Made by a program: the position numbers and the translations under genes | The notes under the pieces: generated by a model | Databases searched by the model: none | Told to the model about the DNA's origin: nothing | What the model saw: the letters and a program-made list of their open reading frames with translations, nothing else | In this document: one piece after another, positions 1 to 9,331 of the stretch | Layout of the letters: the number at the start of each line of letters is the position of its first letter | Position numbering within the stretch: position 1 is the stretch's first letter | Assembly: GCA_964394465.1 (NCBI GenBank) | Contig: CAYMXS010000006.1 | Coordinates: forward strand, 5,836 to 69,835 | From: an uncultured Thermoplasmata archaeon | Lineage (GTDB): Archaea > Thermoplasmatota > Thermoplasmata > Halarchaeoplasmatales > Halarchaeoplasmataceae | Direction: 5' to 3' | DNA length: 64,000 nt

Positions 1-168
1 TACCAAACTATTCTCCAAACTGCTGATATTTCCCTATATATCTATCAGAGTCGCCCGCTTCTACATCTTCGATTTCGGGATAGTGCCCCTATCGATCTTT
101 CTGTTCCCGCTGTTGGGGATCGTCTGGGCCTTTTCCATATCCTGGATCATATTTAGGGGGATGAAAAC

Positions 169-1020
169 ATGATCAAAAATAACCGAGTCCTGGCTCTGCT
201 GATCACGGCCCTGTTCATCCTTTCAAGCGTCAGTACGGCCGAAGCCCAAATGTTCGGACAGGACACCGACCACCGAAAAAACTGGGACGAGGAATTTGCA
301 AGAAAACACATGCCAGATATGGCGTACAACGAGACTCTTTACGGTCAATTGATTTACATGCAGGACTCCCGTTACATCGATACCTCCTTGTACAAGATGG
401 ATAAAATAAAAGTCGACCCTGGTGAACGAAGAAAGATAAGCTTCAGTCTCGAATACGATATCGAGATGATAAAGGATCTAAACCAATCCAAATTCACGGG
501 AGGCGGGATCACTCCGACTCCACTGCGGTTCAGATTTATCGTGTGGAACATGAACTGGGATGTGAATTACGCCAAAAAACGTTATAACCAAAGGTACAAC
601 GAGATTGGAAAAACGATAAATCTAAAGTCTGTGGGAGAAAATGTTGAAAGAGCGGTCAGATACGGGCACACCTGGTTCACAAACCTCCCGGAAAAGACAA
701 AGTCCGTGTACGAGCTGGACGCTCCGACCATCTTGCTGGATTCAGAGAATAGAGTGAAGAATTCCTCTCTTTCATTTTCCATAAAACAGGCCGGTGACTG
801 GGCGATAGGGTTGATGGTCAAGCCAGTTGAGGGCAATTACTGGATGACGTCGGATTGGGGCTTGAGCGTTGAGGTTACTGAACCTTCCAATAAACTACGA
901 AAGTCGCTGTTCATATTATTCCCGGCGGTGACCATTCTTTTAATACTGGAAGGTACATTATCGATAGTGCGCAGGAAAAACACTCTAGAGAAGATATTGA
1001 GGAAGATAAAGGTGAGATAA
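169..1020 (+). CDS. hypothetical secreted protein, C-terminally membrane-anchored
   Basis: N-terminal signal peptide (LALLITALFILSSVSTAEA). C-terminal hydrophobic helix followed by a basic tail (RRKNTLEKILRKIKVR). SD-like GGGGGATGA upstream. No recognisable family. Confidence 0.55.
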   Translation: MIKNNRVLALLITALFILSSVSTAEAQMFGQDTDHRKNWDEEFARKHMPDMAYNETLYGQLIYMQDSRYIDTSLYKMDKIKVDPGERRKISFSLEYDIEMIKDLNQSKFTGGGITPTPLRFRFIVWNMNWDVNYAKKRYNQRYNEIGKTINLKSVGENVERAVRYGHTWFTNLPEKTKSVYELDAPTILLDSENRVKNSSLSFSIKQAGDWAIGLMVKPVEGNYWMTSDWGLSVEVTEPSNKLRKSLFILFPAVTILLILEGTLSIVRRKNTLEKILRKIKVR

Positions 1021-1076
1021 AACATAAGTTGTAATATACTCTCTTACAGTAGCATGGAAAGGGAAGTAGAGTCATC

Positions 1077-1099
1077 TTTGTTTTTGCTGGGTTGTTTTT
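1077..1099 (+). terminator. oligo-T tracts downstream of the 169..1020 gene (archaeal-type terminator candidate)
   Basis: tttgttttt and ttgttttt runs about 57-79 nt after the stop codon. Confidence 0.3.
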
Positions 1100-1204
1100 A
1101 GTGTGTAGATTTCTTTATTTCCCCAGCTTAGTAAAAAGGTGAAGATTAAAATAACCCAAACCTTATAATCTTAAGAAGATGGGGCCCCAGGGAGGTGAGA
1201 AACC

Positions 1205-1264
1205 ATGGAATGGAAAGCCATGAATCTCTTGGCCCGGGGCCCTAATCTTAAAATCCCACTTTAG
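1205..1264 (+). CDS. 19-aa micro-ORF (MEWKAMNLLARGPNLKIPL) preceded by a perfect GGAGGTGA Shine-Dalgarno
   Basis: GGAGGTGA at 1191-1198 lies 6 nt before the ATG. The ORF overlaps GC-rich palindromes (GGGGCCCC, CCCGGGGCCC). Coding status is uncertain. Confidence 0.25.
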   Translation: MEWKAMNLLARGPNLKIPL

Positions 1265-1392
1265 CATATTTATACCTTTTTAAACTATCCAATTCTGAAA
1301 TCGATTTGAAAATAATCTTTCATTTCTGATCACAATTTTAGTGTGGATAAGGTTAATTATTAGCAATCTGTATTCATTCTAAAAGAAGGTCC

Positions 1393-1429
1393 ATTCTACC
1401 TCTTTTTCTGGATCGCAAAGAGGTAGAAT
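1393..1429. promoter_or_regulatory. perfect 13-bp stem hairpin (attctacctcttt / aaagaggtagaat, 11-nt loop)
   Basis: Seen directly in the sequence. It lies 4 nt upstream of the ATG at 1434. On the minus strand it is followed by a T-rich run, so it may act as a terminator for the convergent 720-aa gene. Confidence 0.4.
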
Positions 1430-1433
1430 AGAA

Positions 1434-1808
1434 ATGGAAAAAGATAAGATACTGGATGGAATAGAGCACGACCTGGAAGAACTGCCTGGTCGCTTAAAAC
1501 GTTTGAGAGAGGATATCGACTTGAACAGGCTGCCGCTGGAACAGAGGATCAGGCATCCGGCCCTTGAAGACATGGAACTACAGGACCTGTGGAAGGCGGT
1601 AAGATCCAACGGTCAGACGGTCCGACCTCACTTACTCTCTTCTTCCTCCTCTTTAGTTCTCTTTGATCTGCGGTGTATGAACAGAGATATCACCACTAAA
1701 GCAAGTACCGCTACTATCCCTATGATGATCAAAGCAGAACCGTCTTCATCCCCTTCAGAGGGCGTACCTGTTACCGTTGGACACTCACTGATATCTGAAC
1801 TTTTATAA
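1434..1808 (+). CDS. possible small protein; only the first ~65 aa look protein-like
   Basis: The N-terminal half (MEKDKILDGIEHDLEELPGRLKRLREDIDLNRLPLEQRIRHPALEDMELQDLWKAV) is charged and helical-looking. The rest is antisense to the TM helix and basic tail of the 1628..3790 gene and is low complexity. Confidence 0.2.
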   Translation: MEKDKILDGIEHDLEELPGRLKRLREDIDLNRLPLEQRIRHPALEDMELQDLWKAVRSNGQTVRPHLLSSSSSLVLFDLRCMNRDITTKASTATIPMMIKAEPSSSPSEGVPVTVGHSLISELL

Positions 1809-3790
1809 TCGTTGTAAGAAACGACCGTGTACAGATACTTGTTACCGTTCTCCACCGAAGTATCATTGTAGAAGTGGGTGGATGCGTTAACATCCCCTAT
1901 CAAGGTTCTTCTTTCAGAGGAGCTTTCTCGGTAGATTTTATACCCTGTTATGTTCTCTCCGACTTCTTTTTCCGGCTCTTCCCAAGTGAGGTTCACGTAG
2001 CCATCCCCCGCTTTCGAGTTCAAAGCAGTTGGAGGCGGCGGGATGATCGGAAAAGAGACTGTTATGTTCCTACTTGGATCGCCCTCTCCTATTGCGTTCA
2101 CTGCGGTGACGTGGTAGTGATAAGTTTGGTCTTCCGAGACCAAAGTATCGTTGTAGTACGTTTTAGAGGCGTTGATTTCATCCAGCAGGGCCTTAGTTTC
2201 GCTATCACTCCCTCTATAGATCCTGTAATCGGTGATAGAAGAGCCGCCTTTGTAAACTGGCTCGCTCCAGTTCAGCTTTACAAAGCCTTTTCCCGCCGAT
2301 GTTTTCACATCTACAGGTTTTGACGGGGCTGTCTTGCTAGGGACTGCGAATAGATCTTTACTGGGTTCACTCTCGCCGATATCGTTTACCGCTGTCAGGT
2401 GATAGTGATACGTTTTTCCGTTCTCGACTTCTTCATCAACGAAGTGAGTTTTCGAACTGTCGATCTCTTTCAGTAGTGTTTTGTTGTTCCTTGAGGTGCC
2501 TCTATATATCCTGTACTTATCGGCCGTAGAGGTCTCCGGCGCTGACCAATTCAGACTGACCTTTCGGTACAACCCCTCACATTTTATGTCTCTAGGAGTG
2601 AAGGGCGGGCCGCCTATGGCGTATAGATTCTGATCAAGAGACCTTGCATAAACTGTTCCATCTGGACCGATAGCTGGAGTAGTAAATACAAAGCCAAGAG
2701 ATATATTCCACTTTTTTGTGCCGTTTGGATTTACAGCATAAAGGTTTCCATCCCAATACTTTGGATTCACACTGCCGCCGAATCCCATACCCACATACAC
2801 TGTTCCCTCCAAACCGATGACGGGAGAAGAACCGCCTGTACCTCCCAATGGGAGTACCCATTTTAGAGTTCCATTCGGGTTCAATTTGTAAAGATATCCC
2901 TCGTCGGTGCTAAGATAAATACTTCCATCTTTAGCTATTGCTGGAGAGGTAGTTATTCCTCCTCTTTCAACTTTGTAGGACCACTTTTTAGTTCCATTAG
3001 GATTGAAAGCTGAAATATTTTTATTCCCCACTAGGTATATGATCCCGTTATCCCCCACGGTAGGTTCTCCAGTATCATATGGGACACTAATTGTCCATCG
3101 TTTTGACCCCTCAGGAGTGACCGAATAGAAGGATCCGTTATCACTCGTGAAGTATATATTGTTCTCTAACCCGATTGCAGGGGGGGAGGAAATAGTCCCA
3201 TCTATTTTAATATTCCATTTTTCTAATCCGTTGGGATTTAGAGCGTAGAGATTATTATTAAAGGAACCAAAGTAGATAGTCTCGTCATCCGCGATGACGA
3301 GTGATGATAGTCCCTTTTCAGTGGAGAAATTCCATTTGGGCGTACCATCAGGATTGAGGGCATACAAGTTTCCTCCGCTGCTACCCACGTATATCGTACC
3401 ATTACTGCCGATAGCTGGACCACAAGACAAATCCTCGTTGGTGGAGAATTTCCATCTGAGCGTGCCGTTAGGATTGACAGCAGACAAATTCTTCCTACTC
3501 CCGTGCACATATATCGTTCCATCGCTACCTATAGCTGGATTGGGAATGAAGAAACCATCAGTAGAGTAGTTCCACTTAACCGTACCATCGATACGACTGG
3601 TGTTGTAAGGACTTCTCCCCGTATGTCTTGCATCGCCCTGGAACATGGGCCAGGGTATGTCTTCTTGATCTGATGTTTTGGGTCCTACAGTGGATTCATT
3701 TTTTACAGAGGTGTTACCATCCAATATAGTTGCGAGATTGGCGAACAGGAGAAGGCATATCAAGATCAAACTCAGTTTTCTATTTATCAT
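1628..3790 (-). CDS. secreted PQQ-like beta-propeller repeat protein with 3 fibronectin-III-like domains and C-terminal TM anchor
   Basis: Signal peptide. About 8 repeats of the type AIGSDGTIYVGS..NLYALNPDGT.KW (PQQ/BamB-like propeller blades). Three repeats of P....L....G.V.L.W..P...G...I..Y.IYRG (FN3-like). C-terminal TM plus RRSKRTKEEEEESK tail. Many N-x-S/T sequons. Confidence 0.8.
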   Translation of the reverse strand: MINRKLSLILICLLLFANLATILDGNTSVKNESTVGPKTSDQEDIPWPMFQGDARHTGRSPYNTSRIDGTVKWNYSTDGFFIPNPAIGSDGTIYVHGSRKNLSAVNPNGTLRWKFSTNEDLSCGPAIGSNGTIYVGSSGGNLYALNPDGTPKWNFSTEKGLSSLVIADDETIYFGSFNNNLYALNPNGLEKWNIKIDGTISSPPAIGLENNIYFTSDNGSFYSVTPEGSKRWTISVPYDTGEPTVGDNGIIYLVGNKNISAFNPNGTKKWSYKVERGGITTSPAIAKDGSIYLSTDEGYLYKLNPNGTLKWVLPLGGTGGSSPVIGLEGTVYVGMGFGGSVNPKYWDGNLYAVNPNGTKKWNISLGFVFTTPAIGPDGTVYARSLDQNLYAIGGPPFTPRDIKCEGLYRKVSLNWSAPETSTADKYRIYRGTSRNNKTLLKEIDSSKTHFVDEEVENGKTYHYHLTAVNDIGESEPSKDLFAVPSKTAPSKPVDVKTSAGKGFVKLNWSEPVYKGGSSITDYRIYRGSDSETKALLDEINASKTYYNDTLVSEDQTYHYHVTAVNAIGEGDPSRNITVSFPIIPPPPTALNSKAGDGYVNLTWEEPEKEVGENITGYKIYRESSSERRTLIGDVNASTHFYNDTSVENGNKYLYTVVSYNDYKSSDISECPTVTGTPSEGDEDGSALIIIGIVAVLALVVISLFIHRRSKRTKEEEEESK

Positions 3791-6700
3791 GGATATCAGT
3801 CTCCTTTTTCTTCAGTTTTTTGAGTTCTTCTTTTGCTCGTTTTTTACTTTCTTTTCGTTTCTTTTTCTTATCTTTATCCTTCTTTGGATTAACCGTACCT
3901 AAAATCAGGATGATCGCTCCAAGGCTCAGTATCGCAGTCAGGGCGTAAACCCAGACAGAGGATGCACTAGGATGGGTACCTTTGTCTTTATCATCATCTT
4001 CTACGTACACCTCAAAACTGGAGCTGCCGGTATTTCCCGCCTCGTCTTTTACCACCAGTTTGACGGTGTGATCCCCACCGCTTGTAAACCGATAGGTCGA
4101 TTTATTCCCCTCTATCTTTTCTCCATCTACATACCATATATACTGGGTTATGCCAATATTGTCAGATGACGATGTACCGTTTAGTAGAACTTCTTCACCT
4201 TTTTCCACTATGATATCCGTTCCCGCTCTGGCGATAGGGGCTTGCACATCCACAATTTCTTTACTGGATTTCTCACTTTTGGCCCAGTTAGAGGACGTAT
4301 CGACCGCAGATATCTTGTAGTAAAGTTCCCGTGCCCTAAAAGGTATGGATATGTCGGTCTCATAAGTCTTTTCATCCATAGGTTTCAAAGATCTGTTCAG
4401 CCTCCCTGAGACGTCCGTCCAGTATATCACATAGGCACGTTCTATATCGATATTATCTTCGATACCGACATTGAGATTGTAAAGTTCTCCTGTGCCGGGT
4501 GGTGATAATTCATCGGCTGAGAATGTAGGTGCATCGTTATCGATAACGTCGATTTCGATCGATTCAGATACTGTCCAGTAACCCGAGGTGTCCCGAGCTG
4601 AAACAGTATATTTCAACCGGGTTGCGTTGTATGGTACGTTTATATTTACCCTATAGTGGCCTTCGCCAACGTTTTTCAAACTCTTGTTCACATGATCTGT
4701 TACATCGGTCCAGTAATCCACATAAACATGTTCTATACCCTCGTTGTCACTCACGGTGGCGTTCAGAGTGTAGAAATCCCCTGTGGTGGGGTTTCCAGTC
4801 CTGTTAATCGAGATCCTTGGAGGGTTGATATCTCTTATCGCTGTAGAGAAAGGTCCTAGACTCGCCTCGTTGTAGGATACATCCAGTGCTAAGATCTTAT
4901 AGTGTATGTCTTCTTCGTCTTTTGGAACCTTTATTTTGAGCTCGTAATTGCTGTTTCTTACTGTATCCATGGTCCTGTTGTACTTTTTCTCGGGATCAGT
5001 CCAGTGAATGATCCGTACATCTCTGACCTCTATGTTATCAGTTACTTTAACGTCGAACGTGAAGTTCCTTCCCGCAACCGCCGAGTCGGGAGTGTTATCG
5101 GTTATCTGGGGCGGTTCGCCTTCTCTGTAGGGCTCTAATAAAGGCAGGTGGTCCATATCACTCGTTTGCGAGATCAGGTAAGGTGTATCGGCGAAGCCGT
5201 CGCTCCCCTCTTTGTTCTGTTTCGGGCCCGACCTTTTATCCATGTCTACATGGTCGGACCAGTAGTTACCTCCGGATGGATAAGTAGCGTTCCAGTGGTT
5301 GTTTCCTCCAGCCCGTACTTGTTCATCGTTATCGATGAAGTTGTTATGATATATTCTGTTATCTCTAGATGACGAGAGATGGATGCCTAGATGATTTTTC
5401 ATCACGTCGTTACCGGTGAAGACGTTATCCCTGCAGTGGTAGCCCTTTATGCCGACCTGGCTGTTATTGGAGATAACGTTATCGGCGATCGTATTATTTT
5501 GTGAATAGCCCATCAATATCCCGTTATCTTTTCCGCTGATATTTTGGTTTTCCACTGTTATGTTGCTGCAGTCTGCCAGTATAACTTCACCCGCATTTGG
5601 AGGCACATCTCCCCCGTTCTGATCTTTTAGATAATATATCGGTTTACCATATACAGTATTGGAACTAGTGATAGTATGGGAGTCCCAATGGGATTTATAG
5701 AAACCACCTTCTATATTTATGCTGCAATCTGGAAAAGTATTATTCTTCAACGTGGTGTTTACTGTATGTCGCAACTCTAGTCCTTCCTCGCTGCCCAAAA
5801 TAGAGTTACCTATGAGCCTGTTTCCACCAGATGCTAAAAGCGATATACCTAATGGATTATCAATCAATTCGTTATCGACGATCAAGTTGTCTTCTGGGCC
5901 TTCTCTAAAATAAATGCCCGTGTCTTTATTGCGCAAAAAAGTATTATTAGAGATTGTGTTGCCATCAGAATATTGGTGGATGGTGAGCCCTTTGTAATTC
6001 TGTTTTAGTTGATTACCAGCGATCCTATTATCGTGAGGGTAATAGGCTGCAGGGGCGAACGGCGACGACTCGATTTTGACCCCATGAAAGTTTCCAGTTA
6101 TTTTGTTATCGACTATAGTATTGTTGTAACTTTCACGTTTAAATAGGATACCTTCGCCAAGGCCTTCGGTCTCGTTAGTAGCACTCAGGGAATTATTATA
6201 GACTCTGATATTAGTCGAGTCCCTGATTATCATCCCGATAAAGTTATCGACCATCGTGTTATTGGAAAGATTTCCATTTTTAGAGTCGTAGAGATAGATC
6301 CCAGATTCGTCATGACCTGTGGCGTTCGATAGATGACAATATCTTATGGAAAAGTGATCGGTGACGTTTCCGATGTATATACAGAACCCGCTTTCTCTTC
6401 CATCTATCTTATAGTCCTCTATGATCCAGGGAGCTTCTTCACTGCCGTTCCCTTCCCACCCTTCCTGTTCAGCGGTCTTCGCGAAATCCACGTTATTATC
6501 TATCCGGATAGGTTCGTGGGTCTGGTAGTCATCTGCTGTTATTTTTTCTCTGAGGCCCATTTGGTTATCTTCTAAGTGGGGAGAAAATTTGAAACCATCG
6601 ATGTCATTACCGGTTTTAGTTGAAAAAAGATTTTGGTTCGTATCTTGAACATGAAAATCTAGACCACCAGAATGATTGCTATTAAAATCTTTCTCTTTCA

Positions 6701-6914
6701 GAGATAAATTCGAGCAATGGTTATGCATTATATCTCTATCAAGGCTGTCTGACTTCGGATTAATAGTTTCCTTGTATTTACTATCGCCGTTTTTATCTAA
6801 TTCTCCATCACAATCATATTCAGAATCACATCTCTCTAAGTTGAGTAATCCAAACGCTCCATTAAATATCAATAGAGTGACGATCAGTCCTGCAAATACC
6901 GATTGAGCTTTCAT
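3780..6914 (-). CDS. secreted right-handed parallel beta-helix (PbH1) repeat protein with Ig-like and PKD domains and C-terminal TM anchor
   Basis: Multiple PbH1-type repeats (e.g. NNTIADNVISNNSQVGIKGYHCRDNVFTGNDVMKNHLGIHLSSSRDNRIYHNNFIDN). Four Ig-like repeats (VSDNEGIEHVYVDYW). A PKD-like domain (ARAGTDIIVEKGEEVLLNGTSSSDN..YIWYVDGE). TM plus Lys-rich tail. Overlaps the next gene by 11 nt. Confidence 0.8.
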   Translation of the reverse strand: MKAQSVFAGLIVTLLIFNGAFGLLNLERCDSEYDCDGELDKNGDSKYKETINPKSDSLDRDIMHNHCSNLSLKEKDFNSNHSGGLDFHVQDTNQNLFSTKTGNDIDGFKFSPHLEDNQMGLREKITADDYQTHEPIRIDNNVDFAKTAEQEGWEGNGSEEAPWIIEDYKIDGRESGFCIYIGNVTDHFSIRYCHLSNATGHDESGIYLYDSKNGNLSNNTMVDNFIGMIIRDSTNIRVYNNSLSATNETEGLGEGILFKRESYNNTIVDNKITGNFHGVKIESSPFAPAAYYPHDNRIAGNQLKQNYKGLTIHQYSDGNTISNNTFLRNKDTGIYFREGPEDNLIVDNELIDNPLGISLLASGGNRLIGNSILGSEEGLELRHTVNTTLKNNTFPDCSINIEGGFYKSHWDSHTITSSNTVYGKPIYYLKDQNGGDVPPNAGEVILADCSNITVENQNISGKDNGILMGYSQNNTIADNVISNNSQVGIKGYHCRDNVFTGNDVMKNHLGIHLSSSRDNRIYHNNFIDNDEQVRAGGNNHWNATYPSGGNYWSDHVDMDKRSGPKQNKEGSDGFADTPYLISQTSDMDHLPLLEPYREGEPPQITDNTPDSAVAGRNFTFDVKVTDNIEVRDVRIIHWTDPEKKYNRTMDTVRNSNYELKIKVPKDEEDIHYKILALDVSYNEASLGPFSTAIRDINPPRISINRTGNPTTGDFYTLNATVSDNEGIEHVYVDYWTDVTDHVNKSLKNVGEGHYRVNINVPYNATRLKYTVSARDTSGYWTVSESIEIDVIDNDAPTFSADELSPPGTGELYNLNVGIEDNIDIERAYVIYWTDVSGRLNRSLKPMDEKTYETDISIPFRARELYYKISAVDTSSNWAKSEKSSKEIVDVQAPIARAGTDIIVEKGEEVLLNGTSSSDNIGITQYIWYVDGEKIEGNKSTYRFTSGGDHTVKLVVKDEAGNTGSSSFEVYVEDDDKDKGTHPSASSVWVYALTAILSLGAIILILGTVNPKKDKDKKKKRKESKKRAKEELKKLKKKETDIHDK

Positions 6915-6974
6915 ATACTTATTTTCCCTCTTTTGAATATAAAAGATAGAAAAGAGTTTTTATAATTTTTGATT

Positions 6975-8699
6975 TTAGGGAGATATAGAATTAATGCTGC
7001 CATATTCCACATAAAACGTCACTGTATCTGTGTTGGTATTACCATCATAGTCATATGCCTTGACTGTTACGTCATACCAGAAACCTCCGACGAACGTATA
7101 TGTATAGCTTTCATCAGTTCCCATGTCTCGCCAGGTTCCATCGTCTATTTGTAATTCATAATGGTCTATGGAAGTATCACCGTCTCCTCCGTTCCATTTT
7201 ATTGTAATCTGCCCTTCATCATATGAATAGCCATCCTTAGGATAATATATGTTTACCCATGGGTCTTCAAGGTCTATCTCTAATCCACACCGAGTATCCT
7301 TTGGAACATCAGAACATGATATTGTATGAGCATTACCGTTCTCATTATAGCTATCGTACCATTCTATTTGGTATGATGAAATTGTACTCGGATCTGGATC
7401 AGGATCAGTTTCTAGTCCATTAATATAACTGGAAGCTTGTAATTGGTATGTTCCATCATCAGGCAGAGGTGTCGTCTGTGGTGATATGTCAACACACATA
7501 AAAGACGGGTAATTTTTACTTTCATCTTTGTAGAAAACATGGGAGTCAAGAACCCTTTCCCCACTATTAGTCTCTTCTACCGCCCAATAATCGTTTCTTG
7601 AATTTGGATCACTGAACTCCCATGTGGCCAGTCTCGAAGGCTCATCATTTCCATCGTAGGTTACATCGGTATACCGCCAATAACTCGTGTCGATCTCATT
7701 TAATGTATTGTAGGTCAGCCAATAGTATCCATTATCACCAATTGATCCTCCCCAACTGTTAACTACTTTAAATGCACCAGTGTCCCCGTCCTCTGATATG
7801 GCATCATCGTACCCAACAATAGTATTAGCGTGATCAACAGAATTGCTCGAATATTCATCACTTGAGATTACATTGTCATTATAACCAAGACCATCATCAT
7901 ATTCATCTGAGTCTATACTAAAGGGGATGGGGTGTTTATTGTCAATCCATGTTTTGAGTGTTTGGATATCTACTGAGGTGAGGCATTTTTTGCCGTTTAT
8001 TCTGTATGAAGGGGCTTCTCTCCACGCTGACTCATCACCCCAATCCGAATAATCACTGTCATCATAGGGCAATTCAGCTAAACTTGCCCCACCTAGCTCA
8101 TGAGCAATATGCATATTCCGATAAAAAGCTGAACCATCAGTTCCAAAGTTAACTTTATTAAATGTCCATGCTGGGCTCATACGGTATTGGGGGGAATCGG
8201 AAACGTCCCATCCACGAGCTCTTGCAATCTCATACGTAAGCGTATAGTAGGTAGTTGCCCATGCGGTACAAGACCCTTGAGTTCCTTGGTCTCCTACGGA
8301 AGGAAAATACATATCATCTGATAAATCAGCGGAGGAAGTTTGGACATATGGAGAAAAGTTAGAGGTGGACCAGCTATCCTCATTAACTTTTCCTTTTCCA
8401 TTGACCACTGTAAGGTTCCCAACCATTTCTTCATAAGTTCTATTTGTTGGTGGGGCTAATCCTGTTCCATGTCCATTCACAAGATGGTTATAGCTTTCTC
8501 CAGGTTTTCTCACTCCTCTTTCTTCTTTCCACTGTAACATTTCTTCTCGGGTCAGTTTATGTGTTTCATATTCATTTCCGTTCCCGTTGTTATTCAATTC
8601 TCTATCGGTCTGGGCATTTCCTTTACCCACAACCAATAGGGTACTACTCCCTATCAAAAGAAATATCGCGAGTATACATATATGCTTTTTCCATTTCAT
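6975..8699 (-). CDS. secreted papain-like cysteine peptidase (family C1) with C-terminal beta-rich domains
   Basis: Signal peptide. Papain-family catalytic motifs: Q-x5-C in DQGTQGSCTAW, His in HANTIVGYDD, Asn in NSWGGSIGDNGYYWLTY. Confidence 0.75.
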   Translation of the reverse strand: MKWKKHICILAIFLLIGSSTLLVVGKGNAQTDRELNNNGNGNEYETHKLTREEMLQWKEERGVRKPGESYNHLVNGHGTGLAPPTNRTYEEMVGNLTVVNGKGKVNEDSWSTSNFSPYVQTSSADLSDDMYFPSVGDQGTQGSCTAWATTYYTLTYEIARARGWDVSDSPQYRMSPAWTFNKVNFGTDGSAFYRNMHIAHELGGASLAELPYDDSDYSDWGDESAWREAPSYRINGKKCLTSVDIQTLKTWIDNKHPIPFSIDSDEYDDGLGYNDNVISSDEYSSNSVDHANTIVGYDDAISEDGDTGAFKVVNSWGGSIGDNGYYWLTYNTLNEIDTSYWRYTDVTYDGNDEPSRLATWEFSDPNSRNDYWAVEETNSGERVLDSHVFYKDESKNYPSFMCVDISPQTTPLPDDGTYQLQASSYINGLETDPDPDPSTISSYQIEWYDSYNENGNAHTISCSDVPKDTRCGLEIDLEDPWVNIYYPKDGYSYDEGQITIKWNGGDGDTSIDHYELQIDDGTWRDMGTDESYTYTFVGGFWYDVTVKAYDYDGNTNTDTVTFYVEYGSINSISP

Positions 8700-8732
8700 A
8701 GGTTTCTCACCTCAAGGGAGTTTAATGGGGAT

Positions 8733-8747
8733 GATATATATATATTA
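8733..8747 (-). promoter_or_regulatory. TATA-like element (atatatatatat) ~35 nt upstream of the peptidase start, with SD-like GAGGTGA at -9
   Basis: Reverse complement of 8701-8760 reads ...ctaatatatatatatcatccccattaaactcccttgaggtgagaaacctATG. Confidence 0.35.
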
Positions 8748-8884
8748 GGGTTGATACATTATTTCGGAGACTAAAGTAGGACTATCTAAAAAACTAGTGA
8801 TTTAGCAGTTTTAGAATTTTATACATATTTCATAAACTTATCAAGTGTGGGATGATAAATATTGAGATGGAATCTTAGCTAAAG

Positions 8885-9177
8885 CCCAAGTTTGACAGTT
8901 ATTTTACACATTACGCTAGAAAAAGTCAAGAAAATGTATTTGACAGGTGGTAAAAACAACAACTTTTTGGAGGTATATAACCTAAATATTCATTGATTTT
9001 TAGAGTTTTCTCCTTGATTTTGCCCTAATTTTACCGTTTTTCTGATGATCATAATCATGATAAACAAAATTTTACAGCAACTGTCAAATCAATTGCTTGA
9101 AAATACCTAAAAAAATGAAAAAACTAGAAAAAACGGATTAAAAACGGGATATGTATGGTTCAAGTGTCAAACTTGGG
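8885..9177. repeat. perfect 13-bp inverted repeat (cccaagtttgaca / tgtcaaacttggg) bounding a 293-bp AT-rich segment; MITE-like
   Basis: Direct inspection: 8885-8897 is the exact reverse complement of 9165-9177. It lies in a 630-bp non-coding gap. Confidence 0.4.
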
Positions 9178-9331
9178 ATCTAAATAGTATCCCTCTGTTT
9201 CTGTATCGATAGAAGTGAAGAAAACTGTTCAAGGAGAAACAGCTCTCTTCCATGTGGGACAACTATCAGCGAGGGTTAGACGAGGAATATGTCGATAACC
9301 TTTATAGTGCCCATAAAACGAAAAAAAGGTT

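Noticed and set aside
1874-6906. Numerous plus-strand ORFs (e.g. 1874..2323, 3294..3569, 4656..4859, 6333..6575) inside the large minus-strand surface-protein genes
   Set aside because: They are antisense to long, well-supported coding sequences and have low-complexity, Cys/Arg/Ser-rich translations. They are frame artefacts.
9040-9110. Possible box C/D sRNA (TGATGA at 9044 with nearby CTGA)
   Set aside because: Box spacing and a terminal stem could not be satisfied on either strand, so it is not supported.
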